Source of the DNA: Waddliaceae bacterium | GTDB taxonomy: Bacteria; Chlamydiota; Chlamydiia; Chlamydiales; Waddliaceae | Length of the DNA: 64,000 nucleotides | Direction: 5' to 3' | NCBI GenBank assembly: GCA_963724325.1 | Contig: CAVRUH010000001.1 | Coordinates: 576,001-640,000 of the forward strand | Shown: piece after piece, positions 49,141 to 58,145 of the stretch | How the letters are laid out: the number at the start of each line of letters is the position of its first letter | How positions within the stretch are numbered: position 1 is the first letter of the stretch | Translations under genes and position numbers: made by a program | Notes under the pieces: model-generated | Told to the model about the DNA's origin: nothing | The model's input: only the letters and a program-made list of their open reading frames with translations | Databases searched by the model: none

Positions 49141-49744
49141 AAAAGCTCGATTCATCAAAACAGCAATTTTCCCAAAAGATTTCCCCACCCTAAAAGATGA
49201 CTCTGGAAATGAACTCTCAGAAATTGTCGTTGCCGGCCGCTCCAATGTAGGAAAATCAAGCCTCCTCAACCACCTTTTCCAATCCAAAGGGCTCGTGAAA
49301 ACCTCCTCAACCCCAGGCAAAACCCAAGCAATTAACTTTTTCATCACAGATGACAGACTCATTTTTGTCGACCTCCCAGGCTATGGCTTCGCAAAAGTCC
49401 CACTCTCCGTAAAAAAAGAATGGGGACCCATGGTCCAAAATTACTTCAAAAATCGAAATACAATAAAAATAATATTTTTTCTCTTCGATATCCGCCGTAT
49501 CCCTAATAAAGAAGACCTAGAATTCCTAGATTGGGTCGCCTTTCACAATTACGCAATGGTTTTAATCCTCACCAAAGTCGATAAAGTAAATCAAAAAGAA
49601 AAAAGAGATTGCACCAATCGTATTCTAGATGCTTTTCAAGCTGGAAACCTCCACTACATTCATTATTCCGTACTGAAAAATCAAGGAAGAATGGAGCTAA
49701 TGGCAATTATCAACGATGCACTAAAAAGAGGGGATGACTCATGA
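49121..49744 (+). CDS. engB: Ribosome biogenesis GTPase YihA/EngB
   Basis: GRSNVGKSS, TPGKT, DLPGYG, TKVDK. Confidence 0.95.
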   Translation: MAKYQFKKARFIKTAIFPKDFPTLKDDSGNELSEIVVAGRSNVGKSSLLNHLFQSKGLVKTSSTPGKTQAINFFITDDRLIFVDLPGYGFAKVPLSVKKEWGPMVQNYFKNRNTIKIIFFLFDIRRIPNKEDLEFLDWVAFHNYAMVLILTKVDKVNQKEKRDCTNRILDAFQAGNLHYIHYSVLKNQGRMELMAIINDALKRGDDS

Positions 49745-50484
49745 CCCAAATTGAAAATCAAAAATTTATCTGCCTAGACTGCGAAACGACCGGGCTTGAC
49801 ATCAATAACGACAGAATCATCGAAATCGCCGCCATCAAATTCGATGGCACCGCAACCTACGGAACATTCGAATCTCTAATTAACCCCGAAAGAAATATCC
49901 CCAAAGAGTCTATGGATATCCACCACATCACCAACGAAATGATCGCCGGTAAACCCCTCATCACAGATTTATTACAAGAATTTCTCGCCTTTGTAGGAAA
50001 AAATATCATCGTAGGTCATGGAATCGGATTCGACATCGATATGCTTGCCGGTGCTGCCGCAAGAGCTGGCATGCCATGCGACATCAGAAATAACATAGCC
50101 ATAGACACCGTACGCATGGCCCGATTATATGGTGAGAGCCCCTCTAACTCGCTTGAACAACTACGAAAACACTTCAATATCGATGAAGAAACAGCCCACC
50201 GCGCCATGAGCGACGTTATCGTCAACGTAGAACTATTCAAAAAATTATCAAAATCGTATAAAACAATCGAGAAACTACTAGACGTGCTCTCAAGACCGAT
50301 TTTACTCAGAGATATGCCCCTCGGTAAATACAAAGGAAGACCCATGAAAGAACTTCCTCTTGATTACCTGCGCTGGGCCGTCCACAAAGACTTTGATAAA
50401 GACCTAATATTCACTATCAGAACCGAACTAAAAAAACGCAAAACAGGGGAATCATTCCGCCAAAGTCCTTTTGAAAATTTATAG
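49741..50484 (+). CDS. dnaQ: DNA polymerase III epsilon-like DEDDh exonuclease with C-terminal DUF3820-like motif
   Basis: LDCETTG, VGHGIGFD, HRAMSD; C-terminal MPLGKYKG..LPLDYLRW. Confidence 0.88.
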   Translation: MTQIENQKFICLDCETTGLDINNDRIIEIAAIKFDGTATYGTFESLINPERNIPKESMDIHHITNEMIAGKPLITDLLQEFLAFVGKNIIVGHGIGFDIDMLAGAAARAGMPCDIRNNIAIDTVRMARLYGESPSNSLEQLRKHFNIDEETAHRAMSDVIVNVELFKKLSKSYKTIEKLLDVLSRPILLRDMPLGKYKGRPMKELPLDYLRWAVHKDFDKDLIFTIRTELKKRKTGESFRQSPFENL

Positions 50485-50493
50485 GAGTTTTTT

Positions 50494-50829
50494 ATGAGTG
50501 TTTTTATTCAAGTCGATCATGTATTTGATTCTGTTGCAGAGCCCGTGCCTATTTTCCAAGTTGGTAATACAATTACTGTGCTGCACACACACCCGGGTTA
50601 TATGCAGCGTCTCAATCAAAATGAAAGCCAATTTCAAAAGTGCAGCCTTAAGGAAGTTTGCAACTGCATGGAAACTCTTAAAAAATTTATTAAGGGACAA
50701 GTAGCAGATGGAAATAATGAATTTACCGATCATTCCTTTGCAATCCTTAATTCAGATGATAACATGTGTAATGCACTCATGAAAAAAATGCTTTATTTTA
50801 ATTGGGATGCAAGTGTACAATGTGTGTAA
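50494..50829 (+). CDS. Hypothetical protein
   Basis: 111-aa ORF with SD AGGAG, in the same orientation as the upstream operon. Confidence 0.55.
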   Translation: MSVFIQVDHVFDSVAEPVPIFQVGNTITVLHTHPGYMQRLNQNESQFQKCSLKEVCNCMETLKKFIKGQVADGNNEFTDHSFAILNSDDNMCNALMKKMLYFNWDASVQCV

Positions 50830-50848
50830 AACCACGGAGAAAATAGTC

Positions 50849-50944
50849 ATGGGAAGAGGCGACAAAAAAACAAGACAAGGAAAAATCTTTAAAGGATCAT
50901 ATGGCAACTGCCGTCCTAAAAAGAAAAAGACAAAGGCGCAATAA
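50849..50944 (+). CDS. 30S ribosomal protein bTHX (S31/THX), 31 aa; not in the ORF track
   Basis: Translates MGRGDKKTRQGKIFKGSYGNCRPKKKKTKAQ, matching the THX consensus MGKGDxKTxRGKIxxGSYGxxRP; SD GGAG upstream. Confidence 0.9.
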   Translation: MGRGDKKTRQGKIFKGSYGNCRPKKKKTKAQ

Positions 50945-51137
50945 ACCTTGCGTTCCATCAGGGCATTCTGATGAATAAAACTCGATAGTCTCAAATATGG
51001 AGTGACCCAATTCATTGGGTCTTTTTCCGAGACCAATTTATTGGACTCGGTGGACGACGATATTTTGCCATCCGCAGTGCCGAAATAGGTCAGAGAAAGC
51101 GCCGATTTTAATCGATGTTTTCCTGACTCCTTTTATT

Positions 51138-51605
51138 TTAAGCAATTTTAAGTTCTTTCAGGTCAAATTCTATTTCGTTGGGTTCCTTATTTTTTGAAAA
51201 GTCAAGAACAGACAACGTTTGATAGTTTTTATGAAATTCTTTTGGGTGTTTGTAGAACTTATCCAAAATAAATAGCCTGATAGCTAGCTCTGTACCCCAA
51301 TTGATTTGTGCTGAACTATCTTGATGACTTTCCCATTTAGTGATAGCTGTATGAGCAACATGAAAAAGGGACGAAAATTGTCGTGTTGTCATTTGGAAAT
51401 AATGGCGAATAAACTTCACTTCATATCCGGTCAACGGAAATGCTTGAAAAGCTAAATGTTGAAGAATTTTCTTAGCCAATTGCTCATAGTCGATTTCATT
51501 AACCCATTCACCAAGAATAAAGATTTCAGGCACGTTGATTAACACAACTGGAAATCCACATGAGTAGTCTATATATTTCTTTTTTATCCTTTTTTCAGCT
51601 TTCAT
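51138..51605 (-). CDS. XRE-family HTH antitoxin-like protein
   Basis: GFPVVLINVP, LTGYEVKFIRHYFQMTTRQFSSLFHVAHTAITKWE; TGATG coupling to the upstream toxin relic. Confidence 0.82.
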   Translation of the reverse strand: MKAEKRIKKKYIDYSCGFPVVLINVPEIFILGEWVNEIDYEQLAKKILQHLAFQAFPLTGYEVKFIRHYFQMTTRQFSSLFHVAHTAITKWESHQDSSAQINWGTELAIRLFILDKFYKHPKEFHKNYQTLSVLDFSKNKEPNEIEFDLKELKIA

Positions 51606-51890
51606 CAATGTTTTCTCCTATTGATTTCATAAACAGTCAACAAAAGAAGATTTTTATCTTCAATAATTGTCACTGCAACAAATAATACCCTGGAATCTAA
51701 TGTTCTCCCTTTGATCGCATATTTCCAAACTTGATTTTTCGCATCCCATTCATCCTTATTTTCTTCATGATTCCCATTTCTTAATGCCTCCCACAGAAAG
51801 ACCTCTCTTTCGGCTTGTCTTTATTCAAAATGTTTTGTTAATAGGTACCGGTTACTATCAATTAATTGTTTTATTTTAAGTATTAAAAAT
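51605..51890 (-). pseudogene. DUF4258-like toxin pseudogene
   Basis: Reads KIKQLIDSNRYLLTKHFE*RQAER...WKYAIKGRTLDSRVLFVAV...LLLTVYEI with an in-frame TAA at 51821-51823 and no intact start. Confidence 0.7.
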
Positions 51891-52207
51891 TGGCCTCGGC
51901 AGCACTTATCGGTGATTGATTGCAATCCTCATACTTTTATGGTAACCGAGTGACCAATTATTGTCAATAAGGAAAGAGGTCTAAGAAAGGTGTCAAGGTT
52001 AAGCTTGACACTTAGTTTTTTAGGAATTTGAGGAGAAAAACAGATAGCGCCTTCGCTCCGCTATGGCGCTGTTCCTATCACCATTTTTATTTTTTTGTAA
52101 AAAAGATTGCAAAATAATCGAATATAAATAACGATGCCCGTATCTTTTGATTCACAGAGGCGGCTCAAAAGGCACAAACAATTTATTTCAAATATAATGG
52201 AGTTAAA

Positions 52208-52939
52208 ATGAATCCTTTTCCTTTTGTTCAAACTTACAATCCAAACCTTAATTGCTGGGTTGACAATATGGGTATGCCAATACAAGATAAGCAAGGAAAT
52301 ATTTCTGTTACTCAACCAGAAAGTGTGAGCCTAAATAAAGCATTGTTTCTAAAAGACAAAGCTCAAATTGAGACTCTCACCTCAATTAATGGTATTTCAA
52401 TCAACGAAATTGAAAATAGAGCTCGACCAGGAGGACTTTCATATGCCGGTTTTATCGGGGAGAATGAGAATTTTAAGGAGGTTCTAAAAAAAGATTGGGA
52501 AACAGTGGAAAAGCTTAACGTTACTCATTTAGAACTTGCCGATCATTTAGCAAATATTATTTCTATAGCAAAAAGTGCCGATAGAAGTTCCAAGAGAGGT
52601 ATTTTTGATCCAATTGTTATTGAATATAGAACACAGGATCTAAAAGGAAATACAATTAGCTCAGATGCTCCCCAAAAACTTGAAGTGCTGCTTCTCCAAA
52701 CTAAAGGGGCGCAAGAAGATTTATTTGGACCTAATGACGATAGCCAAAGAGAGGTTAATACACCCAAAAGGTGGAATGAAGAAGACTCCGTCAAGAATAT
52801 GGTAAATGGTGTAGAGTTATTTCTCAATTCTGGGATCTTAAGTTATATTCGTGAATTTGGCTTTTACGAGGGTGGTGGCAAACAAAATAGATATCGAGTT
52901 GATCCAATGCAGGTAATAGCGCTTTTAACAGGTAAGTAG
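52208..52939 (+). CDS. Hypothetical protein (uncharacterised)
   Basis: Motif-like blocks ARPGGLSYAGFIGENE..DWETV..THLELADHL and YIREFGFYEG..YRVDP; SD GGAG. Confidence 0.7.
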   Translation: MNPFPFVQTYNPNLNCWVDNMGMPIQDKQGNISVTQPESVSLNKALFLKDKAQIETLTSINGISINEIENRARPGGLSYAGFIGENENFKEVLKKDWETVEKLNVTHLELADHLANIISIAKSADRSSKRGIFDPIVIEYRTQDLKGNTISSDAPQKLEVLLLQTKGAQEDLFGPNDDSQREVNTPKRWNEEDSVKNMVNGVELFLNSGILSYIREFGFYEGGGKQNRYRVDPMQVIALLTGK

Positions 52940-52954
52940 CCATAAGGAGTTATT

Positions 52955-53740
52955 ATGATAAATAATACTGCTTGTCTTTGTTTTTTTGTAATTGCTATTT
53001 TTGGACCAATTGTTGGTTTTACAGAAGTAGATCAAAATACAAACAGTTCAAAGTCCTCACTGCAGAATGCAATGAACAAACGGGTACTGGTTTTTTCGCC
53101 TCATCCTGATGATGATATAATTGGTTGTGGAGGCAGTATTGCAAGACACCTCAAGGTAGGCAATTCAGTAGATATTGTGTGTATGACCTCAGGCGATGCT
53201 GGAAGCCTCGTTTATTCTAAAGCAGAACTTGCCCAAAAAAGAGAAGCTGAAGCGATAAATGCAGGTAAAAAACTAGGATTGAATAATTACATCTTCTTGC
53301 GAAATCCCGATGGCTACCTTGAATATGACAAAAAAAACCTGGTTGAGGTTACTAATTTGATTCGTAAATTAAAACCTCATATCATTTACATTCCACATGA
53401 GAATGATGGTCACACGGACCACAAAACAACGTACAAAATTGTTGCTGAAGCAGTTGGTCGCGCTGCAGGGCCCTGGTTTCAAGAATGTGATGGTGCGCCA
53501 TGGTCTGTTGAGACAGTGCTATGTTATGAAGTTTGGACGCCCCTTCAAAACGTCAACTATGCTGAAGACATCTCAGAATTTCTCAATGTCAAACTTCAGG
53601 CACTTAGAGAGCATAAATCGCAAATTGCGGATATTGATTATGTCGAAGCTGTTGAGGGTCTGAATAGGTATAGAGGTATTATGAAAGGCAAAAGCAAATA
53701 CTGCGAATGTTTTTTCATCTTAAATACCAGTCATATTTAG
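52955..53740 (+). CDS. PIG-L/LmbE family deacetylase with signal peptide
   Basis: SPHPDDD..GCGG, MTSGDAG, GHTDH, KLQALREHKSQ. Confidence 0.9.
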   Translation: MINNTACLCFFVIAIFGPIVGFTEVDQNTNSSKSSLQNAMNKRVLVFSPHPDDDIIGCGGSIARHLKVGNSVDIVCMTSGDAGSLVYSKAELAQKREAEAINAGKKLGLNNYIFLRNPDGYLEYDKKNLVEVTNLIRKLKPHIIYIPHENDGHTDHKTTYKIVAEAVGRAAGPWFQECDGAPWSVETVLCYEVWTPLQNVNYAEDISEFLNVKLQALREHKSQIADIDYVEAVEGLNRYRGIMKGKSKYCECFFILNTSHI

Positions 53741-53777
53741 GCATTTTAAGAAAAAAACTGAAGCCTGGGCTCTGTGA

Positions 53778-55061
53778 TTATTCTGAAGGAGTGAGTTCCC
53801 ATTTCCAAATGGGTAGAATCCTAATAATTGCATTCGATCCAATGGTTTGTACCTCTAAGGTTTCTTCATGACTTTCCGTAAGTATAGTGCCCAGAGTAAG
53901 GCCGTAGAACTGCATAGCCTCAAGAAGCCCCTGCAATTCTCGTTCTCGTGTAACCTGATCATGCAAATCTAGGCAAACCTGATAAGCCTCAGTTACTCTC
54001 CCTTGTTTTCGAACGACAAAATCACACTCTTTTTCTTCTTTATGAAAATAGACTTCACCTCCCCGCCTTCGTAGCTCTATATATACCAAATTCTCAAGGA
54101 GCCTTCCTTTGTCTTCTGTGGATCTGAATCCCAGCACCCGTGCCATGGCATGATCGATGAAATAGCATTTCTTATTATATCGTTGTTGCTTTGATAGTGA
54201 GTGACTGAAACGCGAAACTGTAAAGCATAAATAACTCATGGATAGGTAATAGCAATAATCTGAGATGGTAGTAGGACTTCCTAGGCCTATTAGTTTAGCC
54301 AAGCTGCTGTAGCTGAACTCCTTTCCCACATTACTTGCGAAGTAATATACTAACTCTTTGATGGGACGATCATTGGTGAGTTTATAACGGCTGATGATGT
54401 CGCGATAAAGGACGCTTTCGTAGAGAGAATGAAGGATGTCTATTTCATCTGAATGAACAAACGGAGGTATTCCTCCTTTCTGTCTATAATTTCTAAAGGC
54501 TCCCGCTGCCAATCCTCGTTGTTCTGTCGTTATCATCTCACTGGTTTTAAAATCCGGAAGCTGATAATGCAAAAGTTCAGAAAATGAATAAGGGTATAAC
54601 TCTAATTGAAAATAACGTCCGGTAAGCCTGGTGCCAAGCTCTTGACTGAACAGAGTGGCATTTGAGCCTGTTACATAAATTTTGTTGCCCTGATCATGAA
54701 GACGGCGCACAAATCTCTCCCAACCAGGAATATTTTGAATTTCATCGAAATAGAAAGTGTTTTGAACACCATGCAATTCAATAAATAATTCAAGAAGTGC
54801 CTGAAAATCTTCAAGCGAAAAATGAATCAGGCGATCATCATCAAAATTGATAAAATAGTCAGATTCCGTTGCCTCGCTTCTTAATTGTTGCAGTAAAGTT
54901 GATTTCCCGACTCGACGCAACCCAGTGATGACTACGATTTCAGATGTTTTTGAGTATTTCTGAAGCTTATGATAGGCATCCCGTTTGATATAATTTTTTG
55001 GAATTTTTATCTGATGTTGTTCCTCAATGACCTGTCTAATAAGCGAAACAGCTGTGCCCAT
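53778..55061 (-). CDS. AAA_14 ATPase + DUF4143 protein
   Basis: TGLRRVGKST, FDEIQNIPGWE, VTGSN, LTGR, LLENLV, ECDFV, YQVC. Confidence 0.9.
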   Translation of the reverse strand: MGTAVSLIRQVIEEQHQIKIPKNYIKRDAYHKLQKYSKTSEIVVITGLRRVGKSTLLQQLRSEATESDYFINFDDDRLIHFSLEDFQALLELFIELHGVQNTFYFDEIQNIPGWERFVRRLHDQGNKIYVTGSNATLFSQELGTRLTGRYFQLELYPYSFSELLHYQLPDFKTSEMITTEQRGLAAGAFRNYRQKGGIPPFVHSDEIDILHSLYESVLYRDIISRYKLTNDRPIKELVYYFASNVGKEFSYSSLAKLIGLGSPTTISDYCYYLSMSYLCFTVSRFSHSLSKQQRYNKKCYFIDHAMARVLGFRSTEDKGRLLENLVYIELRRRGGEVYFHKEEKECDFVVRKQGRVTEAYQVCLDLHDQVTRERELQGLLEAMQFYGLTLGTILTESHEETLEVQTIGSNAIIRILPIWKWELTPSE

Positions 55062-55253
55062 TTTAATTATCCTCTATTGATAATATCAATATAACACATT
55101 TGACTTCCATTGTCAATAGAGACATTTGGAAACATCTAAAAAGCCACAAGAAAAGTAGTCAGGTTTCACGCTTCACAGTTTTGGACTCCTTTCCGTGTGT
55201 TAAACCTGATCTCTTGACGTCCAATGAATGGTGGCCATAAATACGTACAACCA

Positions 55254-56363
55254 TTATATTTCTATCACTTTCCCAGCCTCTATTCGTTCGATTGTAGAAG
55301 AACTGCAATTCCAAACTACCCCGCCTGGCTTTTCAAATACAATATGCTTGACAGAAGAGTCACGAAGAATGACTATTTGCCTTTCGTTCTCCACCTCTTC
55401 AGGCGCGACACATCCCATTCGAGCTAATTCAATCGCTATCATCATTTCAGTTTTGCTCTTTGCCTGAAATCTAATGTTATTATCAAATTTCCACGACCTA
55501 GAACCATTTGCAGGTTGCTTGTCCTTTGTGGTAAAAAGGTCTGAGGAATACATAAAATTCAGTGGATGATTTTTATATTTCTTTGTTTTATACGATTTTT
55601 CTTCGTTCAAAATGGTAATGCCCCTGGACCGCAAAGAAATCTTACGATTTATTTTAAGTTCTAATAATTGAGAAGCCAAATTCGCATAATCAGTTAGCCG
55701 TTCTTTGGAAGGCGCTTCTATGACGATTTTATCCACGGTCGAAGATATTATTTCAGTGGCAAAGTTATTGCATTTGAGTGTCCCTCTAATAAATGTAGAG
55801 CGACAAGTGAGTAATTCGCCTTTAACTTCAACATCTCCTTGGATGGTTGAATTTTTAATGGATAATTCACCACCACAGTTAAGTGACATCGCTCCGGAAG
55901 ACTTTATCAGTGCATTGCCTTTACAGTCAATGGCACCCATAACCTGCGAATCCATGATTATTGAGATATTACTGTTTATAGATAAGCAGGTTGAGCCATT
56001 CGATAATGTCACATATGAATTTCCAGAAATATTGCCGGCTCTTGTAGTTATTAAAGTCACTTCATTCTTGGCATTGATATCTCCGACTGTGGATTGCTTA
56101 GCCGTAAAATTCACTCCGGCATTTGAAGTCCCTTTAACAACACTTTGGTTAACAAAGATATTTTCGCCTGAGCTAACTGTACCGGCGCTTGATCCCCCGA
56201 GTAAATTAACGCGCGCATATACAGATGAAACTTCACCTGCAACTTCGACATTATTAAGCACTAAAGTTTGAGAACATTTTAGGTCGCCGTTATATTTACC
56301 TTTGTTCAAGCTTGTTTCCTGGGTCAAAAACTGGTTCTGGCTATTGTCTAAAGATGGTATCAT
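55254..56363 (-). CDS. Hypothetical beta-solenoid (bactofilin/polymer-forming-like repeats) protein
   Basis: Recurrent ~16-17-aa units such as STVGDINAKNEVTL and STIQGDVEVKGELL; SD AGGAG. Confidence 0.55.
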   Translation of the reverse strand: MIPSLDNSQNQFLTQETSLNKGKYNGDLKCSQTLVLNNVEVAGEVSSVYARVNLLGGSSAGTVSSGENIFVNQSVVKGTSNAGVNFTAKQSTVGDINAKNEVTLITTRAGNISGNSYVTLSNGSTCLSINSNISIIMDSQVMGAIDCKGNALIKSSGAMSLNCGGELSIKNSTIQGDVEVKGELLTCRSTFIRGTLKCNNFATEIISSTVDKIVIEAPSKERLTDYANLASQLLELKINRKISLRSRGITILNEEKSYKTKKYKNHPLNFMYSSDLFTTKDKQPANGSRSWKFDNNIRFQAKSKTEMMIAIELARMGCVAPEEVENERQIVILRDSSVKHIVFEKPGGVVWNCSSSTIERIEAGKVIEI

Positions 56364-56405
56364 GAAATTCTCCTTGTTAAAACGGCCACTATATCAAGTG
56401 TGTTG

Positions 56406-56444
56406 ATAATAAAAATACCGTATTTTATACGGTATTTTTATTAT
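56406..56444. terminator. Perfect 18-bp-arm palindrome at the stop of the ATPase gene (terminator or operator)
   Basis: ATAATAAAAATACCGTAT-TTT-ATACGGTATTTTTATTAT. Confidence 0.5.
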
Positions 56445-57859
56445 TTTAAAAATTCGGCGAAATCTATGATGTGCGAGAAAAATTCCGATTCAATGACTGG
56501 GTCGGCTGCTCCGCAAACGTGGATCAAAACTGGCATAATGGAAAAATGTTTCGGAATTTTCATCCTGCTGATCTTTGTTCTTACATCATCAATAACTTCA
56601 GTCTTAATACTTTCTCTAGAAAATTTGATTTCACATACGTATAGAACGTTATATTTGGTCTGGATCAAATAATCAATTTGACATCCGTTTTGGTCCATTG
56701 TTTTTCTTTGAAAAAATGGATTTGCAAAAATAATATCATCGGGCTTTAGGCCCAATTTTTCCCAAATAGTCTTATTGTTATTCAAAACTAAGTTTTCAAA
56801 TTGCAGGCCCATAATAGAATCCCATGCTGGAGGTCTTGTAAGCAATTCTTTAATAATTTTTTCTTTATTAGGCTTAATGTATTTAAGATAAAATCTGGTA
56901 TAATTATCCTTTAGTCTATAGTGACAGAGCTTCGACAGAGAGCCATCTTTTAGTTTCCAGGTGCTGTCTTGGGATATAAAACCTGTGACTTTTAGATTAT
57001 GGAGGTATTTGGTTACTGTCCCGCCTTTTTTTATTTGAAGGGCATCACAAATTTGGTCGATATCAGCACTTCCCAACGCAAGCCTTTCCAAGATAGCCCT
57101 GTAGACATCGTTTCTTTGTGCAAAAAGATCCGAAAAAATTTTTTCAAACTCATCGAATAACATGCCTTCTTTCTCAAAACATAGTCGACGTATATTTTCG
57201 TCCGAGGATATGTTCGGGTTAATTTCTTCTAGATACCGCGGTATTCCACCTGTAATGCAAAGGACTTTAAATTTCTCAAAGGGAGAGATCAGGGCTTCGT
57301 TATTTCTCCAAAAGTGATTGCATTGATAAAGAGGAAGTTCTTGAATGGTCAAATCGAGCGAAATGCGCCCAACAAAAGCAGTACTGCTTAAAATGTTCTG
57401 TTCGATCCATGCCGACATCGATCCACTTAAGATCATAATCAGCTTTGGATTAAGTCTAAAATATTGATCCCATGCTGACTTTAATTTTCCTAAAAATGTG
57501 GGGTCTTTTGAGCCCATCCAGTTGATTTCATCTAATATGATGAGAGTTTGTTCGTTTTTTGTGTTTTCGGCAAGGTGCCAGAAGATATCTCCCCAGTCTG
57601 TAAGTTGTTGTATTCCTGGAATGTGAAAATACCGTTGCATTTGCCTGGTAAAATGCTCTCTTTGCATCTGAGGAGTGATTTTTCTTTCTGGAGGCAATCC
57701 TATGAAAGTGTAGGTTTTGAGGGACTTTCCAAATTCTTCAGCCAAACGGCTTTTTCCAATGCGTCTTCTCCCTTTAATGACAACCAAACTGGCTGTATTT
57801 TTTTTAAGGAGTCTATGTAATTTTTCTAACTCCCGCTGACGACCAAAGAAAGGATTCAT
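56441..57859 (-). CDS. Archaeal-type AAA ATPase (ATPase_2) with wHTH and C-terminal PD-(D/E)XK nuclease-like domain
   Basis: FFGRQREL, GRRRIGKS, ILDEINW, LSGS, TGGIPRYL, GLQFENL, QIDYLI, VCEIK. Confidence 0.88.
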   Translation of the reverse strand: MNPFFGRQRELEKLHRLLKKNTASLVVIKGRRRIGKSRLAEEFGKSLKTYTFIGLPPERKITPQMQREHFTRQMQRYFHIPGIQQLTDWGDIFWHLAENTKNEQTLIILDEINWMGSKDPTFLGKLKSAWDQYFRLNPKLIMILSGSMSAWIEQNILSSTAFVGRISLDLTIQELPLYQCNHFWRNNEALISPFEKFKVLCITGGIPRYLEEINPNISSDENIRRLCFEKEGMLFDEFEKIFSDLFAQRNDVYRAILERLALGSADIDQICDALQIKKGGTVTKYLHNLKVTGFISQDSTWKLKDGSLSKLCHYRLKDNYTRFYLKYIKPNKEKIIKELLTRPPAWDSIMGLQFENLVLNNNKTIWEKLGLKPDDIIFANPFFQRKTMDQNGCQIDYLIQTKYNVLYVCEIKFSRESIKTEVIDDVRTKISRMKIPKHFSIMPVLIHVCGAADPVIESEFFSHIIDFAEFLK

Positions 57860-57894
57860 CTCTAACTCCCATTTGAATTCAATAATACCACAAC

Positions 57895-57985
57895 TTTGTC
57901 ACAAAATCAAGAAAAACGAATTTGGTGACAAATTTGAGTATATTCGATTTTGTCACAAAATTCGGAAATCAGAATTTTGTGACAA
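57895..57985 (-). promoter_or_regulatory. Two tandem inverted-repeat operator-like sites (TTGTCACAAAAT...ATTTTGTGACAA)
   Basis: Arms at 57895-907/57920-932 and 57950-963/57972-985, immediately upstream of the ATPase start. Confidence 0.65.
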
Positions 57986-58145
57986 GACTGATGGAAAAGT
58001 AAAGAAGGGGAATCGGGTTTCACAGTTTTGGACCCCAATCTAACAGTGAAGAGTGAAGCCAGGACACTATAATAAAGAAAGTCGTTATTGTCCATCGAGA
58101 TAATACCTATTGGACAAAAACTCGATGATGAATCAGAATGGGTTC

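Noticed and set aside
55705..56271. 188-aa plus-strand ORF and similar long antisense ORFs (e.g. 47350-47811)
   Set aside because: Antisense shadows of better-supported genes, with no motifs of their own.
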